A stretch of DNA of 63,573 bases, filler included, from Rhabdomonas costata (GCA_019059605.1; 51 parts of 51 records of this genome joined end to end with filler, not necessarily neighbours in it), one strand, 5' to 3'; shown: positions 14,091 to 24,978, counted from the whole stretch's first letter. Notes: generated by a model from the letters alone, not told the origin. Numbers and translations are program-made.

Positions 14091-14847
14091 GAACTGCTCC
14101 ACTGCTCCAAACTTTTTCTGCGTCAGAAGTTCCGCACCGTGGTTCTGGTCTCCGGCACTACCAAAGAGGGCGCCCAAGAGGCCTTCCGATTCCGCCAGGT
14201 AACCACAATCACTGTGCCGGGCAAGGCCCAGGTGCTGCCGGTGTTCGAGCCCCTCTACCGGCTATCGCCCTCTGCTGCTGAGGCATCCACGGGGGAAGAT
14301 GTTGAGATCGCCCCCATTGCTATCATTACAAGGGCCAGTCCTCGGCAGTGCTACTCCGGTGGCTTGCTTCTTTTTTAGCCTGTTTTCTCCCTTGCGGCTG
14401 ATGTGATTCTCATCGGTTCGCATCCGCTTTGACTTACTCTCTGCTGAGTCACCTAGCAATTAGCTTGTTCAGTCATTGGAAGAGAACGGCCACACATACA
14501 CATACACACAATACCACCCTTCCGTCCCCGTTTCCCTCGCATACGTTGTAAAGTGAAAAATTGATAATCGTCCCTAGCGCCGTAAGGCTCGTTTAGTAAG
14601 GAGGGCATACTTTGGTACCTTAGTGGGCAACTCGTGGCCCCAGCAGCTGATCTGGTTGTGATTTTCGCGCCATGAGTGCCGATGATGGGCTTTTGCAAAT
14701 ACAAAGTTGTGGGTGCATTCCTTTCCTGCAGAGGGCTCACTTTACTTTGGCTCGCCACATGTGGCCGAGCTGGGTTCCGAGGTGTTGCATTCCTGGAGGT
14801 CGCTGCCAGTGCTTACCCTGGGCACCCTAGTGGAGCTGTACGAAAAG
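14091..14847 (+). CDS. Class III nucleotidyl cyclase-like protein, C-terminal part of a divergent catalytic domain (exons 14091-14358, 14732-14847)
   Basis: VLVSGTTKEGAQEAFRFRQVTTITVPGKAQVLPVFEPL resembles the cyclase end motif IL.SE.T....F.FR....I.VKGK...V.VYE. Confidence 0.65.
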
Positions 14848-15047
14848 GTGTTTACGTCTTGGGGGCTGGGGAAGAGGAACCCACCCCCCNNNNNNNNNNN
14901 NNNNNNNNNNNNNNNNNNNNNNNNNNNNNNNNNTTAATTAATTAANNNNNNNNNNNNNNNNNNNNNNNNNNNNNNNNNNNNNNNNNNNNGTGTGGGGGTG
15001 TTCCATGCCATTCCATTCCACATTCCATTTGGTGGTGGTGGTTTCAG

Positions 15048-16051
15048 ACTGCGGAGCAGTGCGTTGCCGAGGCCAGAGAGGCTTCCCAGGTCTCCACGGT
15101 AACTGTAGAGGAGCTGACGGGGAAGGCCATTGGTGTGCTACCCCGCCCAGGCCCTGCCTGCTCTATGTTTCGGTTTGGACGGTTTGGACGTCTTGCGGAG
15201 CTCGCTCTGCGCTTTAAAAGGATAGAGGTCGGGTTTCTTCCGGTGCTGTTCCCGCAGAGCTCCCATTCCCCTAACGTTGGTTTTTGCCTTTCATCCAGTG
15301 AACAGTGGATATCTGCTGTGCAGCGGCGCTTTGTGGTTTCTCCTCAGCAAAACTTCTGTCTATCGATTCTTCCGAGAAGCCCTTCGTATCCATCCGCATT
15401 CACCCGTCAGGCGAGTTTTACAACCAGAGCTCATTTTAAGCTTCCTCTCTCTCTCTCTTTCTCTGGGCTGTGATCCAGGGTGGAACCTGTGCTCCCTGTG
15501 CGGGCGGCTTTCTACCGTCGAGGTGCCCCACCCCTTGGCTCGCTCCGGAGAGGCCTGGCAGTGCAGGTGAAGGCTCGGCTTCTTTTCTTCTACCTCTCTT
15601 TATATCAGTGAGCTGCTGTCACCAAGTGAACGCGCTACAGTATCCCAACAAATGATGTCCATAGGAAAGGGGTCAGGATGACGCCCCCGCCGACCTTTAG
15701 AAAACCTGGCTTCCTCTCCTCGTTCAGCTGTTTCATTTGTTAGGATGAACACATGGAACCCTCTGTTGGCGCAGTGTCTGCCCCGCCAGCAGTGGGGAGC
15801 AGAATACAAGGAGTGGCTGACAGGTTGCCCCGACGCCGAAGTCCGCACCTGGGTGGTCGGGGGCAAAAAGGTTCAACCTCCTTTTTTCTTGCATACCTTT
15901 TATGTGTTTTTTCGCTCACCCCTCAGAGATAAAAACATGCCCTGAACCTTCAAAACATTTTTTCCTACGACCCCAATCCATGATCGGATTTTTCCTACAG
16001 CACAGGTTTGCCTGCGGGCAACTGGGCGCGAGAACACGTTTTCTGTGGTGA
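15048..16051 (+). CDS. CW-type zinc finger protein, C-terminal exons (15048-15132, 15479-15566, 15744-15870, last exon ending 16051)
   Basis: Spliced WNLCSLCGRL...EAWQCR|MNTWNPLLAQC fits zf-CW W..C..C...W.C.MN...P....C. Confidence 0.6.
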
Positions 16052-16238
16052 AGGGATTCGAAGAAGTGAGAAAAGAGATGGAAGCCCCAACTCCACTCCA
16101 GACACCCCGCAGTAGCATTCTTCGGTCACAACACACNNNNNNNNNNNNNNNNNNNNNNNNNNNNNNNNNNNNNNNNNNNNTTAATTAATTAANNNNNNNN
16201 NNNNNNNNNNNNNNNNNNNNNNNNNNNNNNNNNNNNTG

Positions 16239-16481
16239 TGGTGATGATGACGACGGCAGAGAATGCACCCATCCAACCCAATTTGGAAAATGACCATGCT
16301 AAACGCCAGTATTTAGCAGGAACCATAATCTGAAGGTATGTTCAATTACAATCATAACTCTCCTCTAGCTGCAACTTAACATACCTTCAGATTATGGTTC
16401 CTGCTAAATACTGGCGTTTAGCATGGTCATTTTCCAAATTGGGTTGGATGGGTGCATTCTCTGCCGTCGTCATCATCACCA
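16239..16481. repeat. Perfect 104-bp inverted repeat at contig start (arms 16239-16342 / 16378-16481); probable amplification fold-back
   Basis: Exact reverse complement with a 35-nt loop; the outer arm ends at the contig edge. Confidence 0.9.
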
Positions 16482-16513
16482 TCACCACAGTTACCGCCCT
16501 TTTGCGTGTGCAG

Positions 16514-17182
16514 ATCACCGTGATGTTTGTGCGGGTGCTGAACTTGGGGGAGCTGCTGCGGGCCAGCTTGACGGAAGCCATCATGGCGTACAATAAGTTC
16601 ATAGAGTCGGTATGTTGGGAGGGACGGTGTGCGAAGGGTGGACGGCGGGCGCCTCCGGTCACATCCTGTGTGTAAGGGTGCACAGATGCCACGTCACCGT
16701 TCCAACTCAAATTCACTGCTTTTACATTATTCTTTGCGTGCGTTGAGCTGTTAATACTGGTGCCATACAATTTGCTTCCGAGCTATATTTATACCCTTCA
16801 GCGGATACTGCGAAGGGGTGCATTGAGAGTGTTCCAGAGATACCCTAAGATAACAGGATATTTCGAAGCCAACTTAATGTAGTCACGATGTTCCATAGTT
16901 TCTGTTCGTGCGGTTTTCATCACCCAGTTCATCAAACAAAACCCCGCTTTCCGCCGATATCAAACGCTTTCTTTTCTTTCTGAAGCAGGAGGGAACCCCG
17001 TGAAACCATCCCTTGTTCCCACCTCCTGCATAGGTGTACTCCGCAGTGAACCACCACCGCGGCACTGCCAGCTTAGACGGGGAGACCATGCTGGTGCACT
17101 GGAACGCTGCCCGGCACTGCCCCTCTGCGCGAATGCAGGCACCGTGCTGTGGCTTTTAATTGTGGACGCATCGGGTGTGGAG
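16514..17182 (+). CDS. Degenerate class III cyclase-like domain (exons 16514-16609, 17034-~17182)
   Basis: ITVMFVRVLNLGELL...AYNKFIES|VYSAVNHHRGTASLDGETMLVHWNAARHC aligns to VTILFSDI..F...LN.YF.......HGG.IDKFIGDA.MA.WNAP. Confidence 0.65.
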
Positions 17183-17485
17183 GTAAGTACGAGTACAAGA
17201 GGCCCGGCATTGTGCAGCAACTTGCCTTGATTGTTCAGAGGTGCAAAAGATAAGAGTGTGCACAGCGAAAAGATTTACAAAGAAACCAAAGCATCTGCAA
17301 GCTAGGAAGTAAAGAAGATGAACAAGAATTAATACAGAGCAAACTTCTGTCTGATCCTTGGGATTAGTGGATTCGAACACCCACCNNNNNNNNNNNNNNN
17401 NNNNNNNNNNNNNNNNNNNNNNNNNNNNNTTAATTAATTAANNNNNNNNNNNNNNNNNNNNNNNNNNNNNNNNNNNNNNNNNNNN

Positions 17486-18634
17486 TGTTGGGTGTGTTGG
17501 GAGGCGGCCGGGCGGGTGGACGTCCTTGTGCGGAGCAAGGTCAAGTTGGGTCACCAGCTGAACCTGATGGGTTCGTGGGTGCTTTTCTGAAACAAAAGCT
17601 TTTCTTGATATCTGTGTGAAGTCCTTGTTCGAGCATCTGAGGGGGGAGGATTCCCTTATAAAGCAAGCAAAGCAGATGTCCGTGTCCATCACTTTTATAT
17701 TATACTGCTTTTATGCCATGGCCGGAAGTTGTGGGGAACCACCTCCCCATTTGTATGTGGGGTCGCTTATCGCATTGCCAAAGCTCAGATCGAGGTCGAG
17801 ATGGGAGCTTCCGGGAGCTTCCGGGTTTACCCGCCCGCCGGCCTACAGGTCGGCTGAATCAACAGTATACCATATACAGGGAACCCCGTATGGGCAGAGG
17901 CTGCCTTGGGGATACCGTATGGGCAAAGATCGGTGCATTATGCTGGACTCGCACGATGTGCAATGTTGGGACGCGTGTGTGGTGGTGGGGTCCCTCCGAG
18001 GCTGGATTCCCCGACGGGGCGGGGTCGATCGTCCGACCGTCCGCTAGCTTCGACCTGTCTGAGCCTGGAGCATGCAGCCGTTGAATACTCTCGCAGTCTT
18101 TGACCTGGGTCATCAAGTCGTCGTTAACTGCAAAACGGCACCACCAAGATTTTGCCCTCAGCCTGCACTCACTCACTCTGGGCGCGTTACTACTTCCAGA
18201 AGTGCCTTGTGACCTTGCCGCCGTGTTCCGGTAAGCCCACCCCACCAGCCTTTTGTCTTTCTTTTTAACAGAGAGCAATACCTTTTTCCACAAGAACGTT
18301 CTCATGAACAACTTCGTTGTGGCCTACTACGAGTGGCTGCCGTTTACCACGGAGGCTTTACTGAGCGTGCCAGACACCATCTCTTCTTCTTTGTTAGCTT
18401 GGGCCCCGAACAATGCCATGGCAGTTAGTACGCTGGGACCATGGCTGTTCTCTGTAGACTTCAACAAAACGGTCTGCAATGACACGGTCCACTTTCCCGG
18501 AAGCAATTGCTCGGTTTTCGGCGAAGAGCTCTACCCCCTGGACAGCAACTACAAGCCGATATGGAATTCTCCCACCATACTCAACCTCCCCTACAACCAA
18601 CTGGAAGACATCTACTGGAAGACGGGCCCCCTGG
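17486..18634 (+). CDS. Hypothetical protein, possibly a receptor ectodomain (exons 17486-17570, 18162-18230, 18272-18634)
   Basis: In-frame splicing EAAGRVDVLVRSKVKLGHQLNLM|ACTHSLWARYYFQKCLVTLPPCS|ESNTFFHKNVLMNN...; Cys residues and N-x-S/T sequons (NKT, NDT, NCS). Confidence 0.55.
17783..18066 (+). other. Nonconventional-intron-like stem-loop element (284 nt) nested in GT-AG intron 17571-18161
   Basis: 5' GCTCAGA-tcg-AGGTCGAG pairs with 3' TTCGACCT-g-TCTGAGC-ct|G; CAG at +4..+6, CTG at -8..-6, 2-nt 3' overhang, Y|R 3' junction. Confidence 0.65.
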
Positions 18635-18910
18635 NNNNNNNNNNNNNNNNNNNNNNNNNNNNNNNNNNNNNNNNNNNNTTAATTAATTAANNNNNNNNNN
18701 NNNNNNNNNNNNNNNNNNNNNNNNNNNNNNNNNNGGGTTGGGGGTGTGCTGGGGCCTTTGTCCTTTCCAGTGGTTCTGAACCGGCATGAAGTTCGGATAA
18801 AGTTCCCAAGGTCGGCCAACAAATGTAAGCGAGGACGGAGGCAATGAGATTGTCTGTGCTTCGGAGACGAGTGGTACACGCGCATATGCGAGACAGCAGA
18901 GAAAGGATAC

Positions 18911-19878
18911 CGCAGCTCCGGATCTAAGTCCGCCGGGATCTCCGTGGGCCCCCCGCTGCTGCTGCTGAAGAATGCCAGGGCAGCCCACATGTTCTTAAAC
19001 ATGGGCCATGGGGGCTTCCCCGTGACCATCTGCAACCATCGGTGAAGTGAAAGCGTCGCGTTCGTGAGCATCTGAACATTGATGCGGGGTGTGAGTATCC
19101 CATGCAGCGTCCCTCCCAATGAGCAATAATTATGCCAACCAACGAAAGATGTGAGGTGAGAGAGAGTCGAAGAATTTTGGGGCCACCAGACCTCAGCCGC
19201 GGTGCAGCCTGTAGACCAGATGTCTGCCTTGTAGTCATACGAGCCGCTGTTGAGCACCTCAGGGGCCATGAAGCTGTGAAAGCCAAGAAAGGGCAAGGCT
19301 AAGTGAGGCTGCTGAAGGCACCACGTCCGCTCAGGATGTCAGAAGGGGTGATTTTCCAACACTGAGAAGGCTGACCACCACCAGCGCTTCTCTGCGGCAA
19401 TATGGTAAATATCTCTGTTCTCATCACAAGAGGTTGTTGGCATGATGAAATTTTGGGCGTAGTGGCATTATGGAGACCGCCGTATCAAGTGTATTTTGGG
19501 GACCCCACCCCTCTGTTTTCGGTGTAATTTACGGACCCAAGGTTTCCCAGACAGGACAATCTATGGGCAAGTTGGGGATCCCGCAGTTTTCGGTGTAATT
19601 TACGGACCCAGGCTTTCTTTGAGATTTTGTTGCATGCTATCGCGCGGAGAGAAGTGAGATATCCGGTGGCGAGGCAAAAGAAAGAGAAGGTAAAAGTACC
19701 CTCCAGAGTCTCATCCACTGTTGGTTTCCAATGTGCTCAAGTAAGAAAAAATCCTTCCATGATCCAGTGTGCACGTAAAGTTAGGCTGGAGCAATTCACA
19801 ACCGGTGAGTCGAGAACCTGCCCTACCCTCGATACATATTTACACACACTGGACGCGCACACCATGGGGTGCCCACCC
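18911..19878 (-). CDS. STE11/MEKK-family MAP3K, kinase subdomains VIII-X (exons 19878-19863, 19273-19192, 19029-18911)
   Basis: VGTPC|FMAPEVLNSGSYDYKADIWSTGCTAAE|MVTGKPPWPMFKNMWAAL...PTEIPADLDPELR; GT-AG introns in frame. Confidence 0.88.
19516..19611. repeat. Intronic ~24-bp direct repeat (TTTTCGGTGTAATTTACGGACCCA x2)
   Basis: Two identical copies ~70 nt apart. Confidence 0.85.
19759..19854 (-). other. Nonconventional-intron-like stem-loop element (96 nt) nested in GT-AG intron 19862-19274 of the MAP3K gene
   Basis: Minus strand C|GTCCAGTGTGTGTAAA ... TTTACGTGCACACTGGATCAT|G: 9-bp + 5-bp terminal stem, CAG at +4..+6, CTG followed by N6 then purine. Confidence 0.5.
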
Positions 19879-19983
19879 CACACNNNNNNNNNNNNNNNNN
19901 NNNNNNNNNNNNNNNNNNNNNNNNNNNTTAATTAATTAANNNNNNNNNNNNNNNNNNNNNNNNNNNNNNNNNNNNNNNNNNNN

Positions 19984-20327
19984 GGGGGGTGGTGGTGCAC
20001 TGCCCAAGGGGTGGAAAACCACACTTCACCTTCAAGCTGGGCCACTTCGCGTTTGCCTTCTTGACGGGCTGCTGGATTTTCTTGGATGAGTTCAACCTGG
20101 GTATGGCTGTGGTGAAGTCAACAGCGTATATGATCTGCAAAACCTGCAAATGCCGGAACAAAGATAGCGGCGCCGACTACTTGTTGAAGACCAGTAATAT
20201 TCATTCTGGTGTTTGGGGATGAAGTGGGGTGTGGGTGTGGGCGTACGTGCTGTCTTACTAATGCTGGGTTTTCTTGAACTACAAGTTCAGCAGCATTTTT
20301 TGAAAGATTGAACATCTGTGCCATCAT
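19984..20327 (-). CDS. Hypothetical protein, N-terminal exons
   Basis: MMAQMFNLSKNAAELVVQENPALVRQH|VLQIIYAVDFTTAIPRLNSSKKIQQPVKKANAKWPSLKVKCGFPPLG; GT-AG intron; family not recognised. Confidence 0.5.
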
Positions 20328-21297
20328 TTTAACGGGCTCTTCTCTGAGAGCTTATCAGCTTCCAGCACATGGAGCCGGTGGAAATCAGGCGTTAAGGCAC
20401 TTCCAGCTGCCCTTTCAAATCAGATCTGGATTGGATTGCCTGCATCCTGTGTCTGTTGCCAGCTTGTAAAAATGATTTTTGAATGGCGCTGCTGGCAAAC
20501 ATGCCGTGGCCATGGCCCTGGCCATCGCATCTTGCACCCGTTGTCTGTCGACTGCAGCCAATAAGGTGGTTGCATTGCATAATTGTGTCAGCAAAGTTCT
20601 GCAAGTTATGCTGCGTGCTTCTTATGCCTATTATGCCAGTGAATTAATTCTATACTCCGCCAACCCAGCATACTGTTAATACTAGCATCCCCACGTGTCA
20701 GCGACTGTCAAAAGATAATGCTGATCACGCGTTACCGGCCGTCGCAAGACAAATTCCCTTCGATCACTTCATCACCTCGGCGGCTTTATCGGGGGGCTGG
20801 AGACCCCCCCCCCGAGTGTAACGTGGACAGTCGTCTCTTCACTTTCCTGGAAGCGGGAAGGTCCGCAGAAAAAAGGGCACTACCCTTGCCTGTAGGTGTC
20901 CGCGCACGCCCCGTGCCATTGGGGGGTTGCTTCTGATGGACTGCAGAGGGAAGGGGGGACGAAGAATTGGGTGCCGCTGTATTCAGACCCGCTGAATGCA
21001 ACAGAACGGTTTTGGACCGTCAGCAAAAAAAAACTGATCTATTATCTGCAGCCGAACAGGAAGGTCTCTTAAGCAGACGTAGACACCGTCATCTTAGCTG
21101 ACGGGGGATGAGCGCACTGTAAAACAACAGCNNNNNNNNNNNNNNNNNNNNNNNNNNNNNNNNNNNNNNNNNNNNTTAATTAATTAANNNNNNNNNNNNN
21201 NNNNNNNNNNNNNNNNNNNNNNNNNNNNNNNCACTCTTCGGTTTTCCATTAGGTTAGCGTGGTCGTGGAGAAGAGAGGAGGGAGGGGGGGGGCGAAC

Positions 21298-22076
21298 CAT
21301 GTGGTCGTCCTGGCTGTGGTGGATCAGCACGGGCTTGGGCGGCAGGGCGGGGCTGAGGGGGTCGTAGTGATGCCCTGCCACAGGAGCGAGCCCCAGCACC
21401 CACGGCTGCTCTGCCAGCACAGAGGCCAGGAAGCCACCGTTGGAGAACCCTGGCACCCACTCACACCCATGCGCACACATCCCACATTCCGATAACGTAC
21501 GGGTAGTTCCGTTTTACTCGTCAACTTCAAGCGAACAAGGACACACTACTTTCATTTCGATCTCCCCCCCCCAAAAAAAAACGCGCACCTACCCGAAATG
21601 CCGGGAAAACGCCTTGCAGAGCATCGCACGCAGACCCAGACTGAACTGAAAATCGCTTTGGTGCGTAATTGTGCTACAACTGTGGCGAACGTTGGGGCGG
21701 CGAGAAACGGGAGAAGTAACCAACGAGGAGAAAAATGATGGCAGGGTTGGTAAATTGTGCCTGTACCCTCGAAGTCTAAAAAAACTAAGAGAGCAGAACC
21801 TCTAAAATAGTGCTGAAGGAATGTGGCCTGGGACTGTTTTTCATTTGGTACACTTGGGCAAATTTGCTATCATTGATAAGCGTTCCCTCTCCCATTTCCC
21901 GAATGCCCTCCGTCCCACCCACTCACAAATACAAGAGCCGCGCACCGGTGACGAACAATCTGAGCTGGGCGCCCCACCGGGCGCCCAGCTCCCCGACAAG
22001 CTGCGTAAGAAAGGCCACATCGGTTAGGTTGTGCTCCTTGGCGTCCCCGCAGCACTGTCGCCCATTCCAAGAGCTC
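21298..22076 (-). CDS. PHB-depolymerase/LpqC-like alpha/beta esterase (exons 22076-21946, 21449-21298)
   Basis: SWNGRQCCG...DVAFLTQLV...LFVT|GFSNGGFLA...APVAG...PVLIHHSQDD: nucleophile elbow GFSNGG with WN...CC and DV.F motifs of this family. Confidence 0.85.
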
Positions 22077-22546
22077 CTGGGGGCGAGGGTAAAACTCACC
22101 CATTTTTCTTTTCTCACAAAATGATCCTTCGTAACTCCTGATTTTCACATTAATAATCAAGAATCTAAAGGTTGCAAGAGCGCACTGCTACCCTACGGTT
22201 AGGGTAGGTTTCCTTAAGGTTCCACCAGTTTTCGCACTCATATTCGGCATGACGGCGGAGAAGCCGACCTCTCAACCGCACAAGTGGGGCGCCTCGGACT
22301 CTGCTGTGCTGAGGACGGAAACCTGATCCTGGAATCTTAGCAACCACCCACCCACCACTCCAGCTGCTTTCCCAACCACCNNNNNNNNNNNNNNNNNNNN
22401 NNNNNNNNNNNNNNNNNNNNNNNNTTAATTAATTAANNNNNNNNNNNNNNNNNNNNNNNNNNNNNNNNNNNNNNNNNNNNGTGTGTGGGTGACGGTGTGG
22501 ATGAACCCCCCCCCCTTGCCGCCGCCGTGGTTTTGCTGTTTTACAG

Positions 22547-22753
22547 GTACAGGAAGTGTACCACCGGCTGATAGGGCGAGCGCTGGAAATGGGTGGGACG
22601 TGCACGGGAGAGCACGGCATTGGATTGGGTAAGTCCAGCTTCCTTCCCATGGAGGCCGGAGACGAGGCTGTCGCGGTGATGCGCTCTATCAAGGCTGCGA
22701 TGGACCCTCTGGGGATCCTGAACCCAGGGAAGATCTTCCTCCCTAATTCCTGA
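22547..22753 (+). CDS. LDHD: FAD-linked D-lactate dehydrogenase (DLD1/LDHD-like), last exon
   Basis: RALEMGGTCTGEHGIGLGK...MRSIKAAMDPLGILNPGKIF-stop is the FAD-oxidase C-terminal signature. Confidence 0.88.
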   Translation, partial: VQEVYHRLIGRALEMGGTCTGEHGIGLGKSSFLPMEAGDEAVAVMRSIKAAMDPLGILNPGKIFLPNS

Positions 22754-24744
22754 TTGCAGTGGCTTCTCTGGCACCACCTGATGCGGACTTGGACCTTCCC
22801 CTTTGCCAGAAGTGAAGCTGCCTGAAGCCAACCAAGTGTATGTTTCATAGTGCGTTGTGCGAAGCGAAGCTAGTGCACCATTGTGCTGCGCAGCTTGCAT
22901 TTCAGAGTTTCACTGCGCAATTGATGCAGTTGCTGTCGCTCGAACTGGCTTATGTGTGTTGCTTGAGCTTTGTTTGACCAGTGGGCAGTTGCCACCCGGA
23001 ATGGGGCCGCTGTTTCCTCCCGTGTGCCACAGTGTGGTAGCTGCTGACAAAGTTCCTCCTCCCATTGTGATCGTCTGCCAGAGATCATTATCGCTGCTGT
23101 CCACCACCCCAACCCTCCCAGTCCAACTCTCCCAGATCTTCAATCAGATGTTCAGTGACTACGTCTCCACTGCCGAAATATGTTGCTGCAAACGCTTTGC
23201 TCAAGTTATTCTTGAAAGTTATCCTTAAAAGAAGCACACCAAAAACAAAGTGACACGTCCCGCGACTTTCTTGCAACGTAACTTTCACGCATGCCGTCTA
23301 AAATGTAGAAAGCTTGTGAGGGGAGAGGAGGGCAGGGAGTGCCCTGATCTTCTCTACCGTCTGTTGTGGATTGAATTCCGTGCTGTTGCCGCCGTCCACA
23401 AAAGCTGCTGTGTGTGTTTACCTTTTCTTCTTCCCTCCCTCTCTCCCTCTGTGTTTTGGGTTAATTATCGTCCCGTGAGGAGAGCTCTCTCTCTCTCTCT
23501 CGGACTTGCTCTCTCCGCCTTCCTCCCTCTGCTAATGAAACAGAGGGACATCCGGCAGTGCCTGTGGTCGCAGGTCAGCCTGCCGACCACCCCTTTCCTC
23601 TTCACCCCCAAACCAAACACACCCACCACNNNNNNNNNNNNNNNNNNNNNNNNNNNNNNNNNNNNNNNNNNNNTTAATTAATTAANNNNNNNNNNNNNNN
23701 NNNNNNNNNNNNNNNNNNNNNNNNNNNNNGGTTGCTCGTCATGAGATCGCGAGGGGAAATATGCATCTCTGGATAGAGGAAATCGTCGAAAAGTTTTTTT
23801 TGGGGGGGAGGGGGAGGTGAGTTTCTGGCACCCTATTCTAGTCTGGAACCTTGTTGGGGGTACGCGTTTTTCTGCGGGAAATAAAGGAGGAGAGGTAACT
23901 GTCCTCCCCACCCTCACGTACGGAGCACAGAGCACATCACGTATGTCCCTAGAGACTGCAAAAGAGATTCGGGGTATGCAGTTTAGGAAAAATTTTCGGG
24001 CCTGCACAGCTGTTTAGAGAGTGTGTTCAGCTGTTTACTTTCCACCAAACATAACTAATCCTGGAGTACCAGAAAGTACCAGTTATTTTTGAAAACAAGA
24101 TGGTTCGGTTTGCTTGACGTTCTATCTAAAAAGAGGATCACAGCCAGCGTTGCCATGGAGAGCCGGGGGTTGTGGTAAAGAAAATAATGATAAGAAACCC
24201 CGAGCAACTGTACGGGTAGGCGAATTAGGCATCTCCAAGGACAAAGCAAGCCAGCAGGACACACTTTGCGCCCTTTCCATGCACATTTAAGGTGTCTGCG
24301 CCCCAAATTTGGCATTCGCCTGTTCATCGTCAGCAGTCAGTTTATGCTCTGCATCGCATTAAATCCCTCCCTCCCTCCTACTTTCAATGCACACCATGAG
24401 CAGTTTTTGGATACAACATGTGCCAAAACCTCTGTGATCACCTGCCTTTTTACGTTACAATACTTTGAACCATTCACATTCCGTTTTCGCATATGCCCTC
24501 CATTTGCCTTAAACGGTATCCCTCCAGCGTCCCGCGCCCCCCCTTTCCCCCTGTAAAAAGACAATGTTGTTGCCAACATTGTCAAATCGGGGGGGGGGGG
24601 TGCGAGGCCATAAACTATTGCATCGGGGTCACATACTGCATGGAAAAGACACCTTTTTAGCAAAGACAACCCCAATAAAAGGCCAAAATGAGAAAAACCC
24701 GGTAAATATGAAAAATGATCACAGAGTTTTGTCACACGTTGCAC

Positions 24745-24872
24745 CTTGTAAACATTGTACCACTTCTGGATCCGCAGCTTCTCCGGCTTTGTCCCGGTTT
24801 GCGCGGCCACGAGCTTCTTCAGGTCCCCAATGGTGTCGTCCTCGTCGCACTTCACCCGAACCTTGCGGCCCA
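24745..24872 (-). CDS. UBL5: Ubiquitin-like protein Hub1/UBL5, internal exon
   Basis: [42 protein letters not shown], then GT donor; near-invariant Hub1 sequence. Confidence 0.96.
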
Positions 24873-24978
24873 ACCACANNNNNNNNNNNNNNNNNNNNNN
24901 NNNNNNNNNNNNNNNNNNNNNNTTAATTAATTAANNNNNNNNNNNNNNNNNNNNNNNNNNNNNNNNNNNNNNNNNNNN

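Noticed and set aside
16239-16481. Long perfect hairpins (also 34712-34866, 40951-41102, 54948-55073) as miRNA-like precursors, MITEs or structured introns
   Set aside because: All are 100% identical and all end at a contig edge; the 40951 one overwrites a helicase exon from a microhomology, typical of polymerase template switching during amplification
17486-17501. G/T-rich contig ends as telomeric repeats
   Set aside because: Non-periodic and present on most contigs regardless of content; primer-derived
19680-19740. Minus-strand ETLEGTFT as the upstream MAP3K exon joined by a non-GT intron
   Set aside because: A better exon, VGTPC at 19878-19863, joins FMAPE through a normal GT-AG intron
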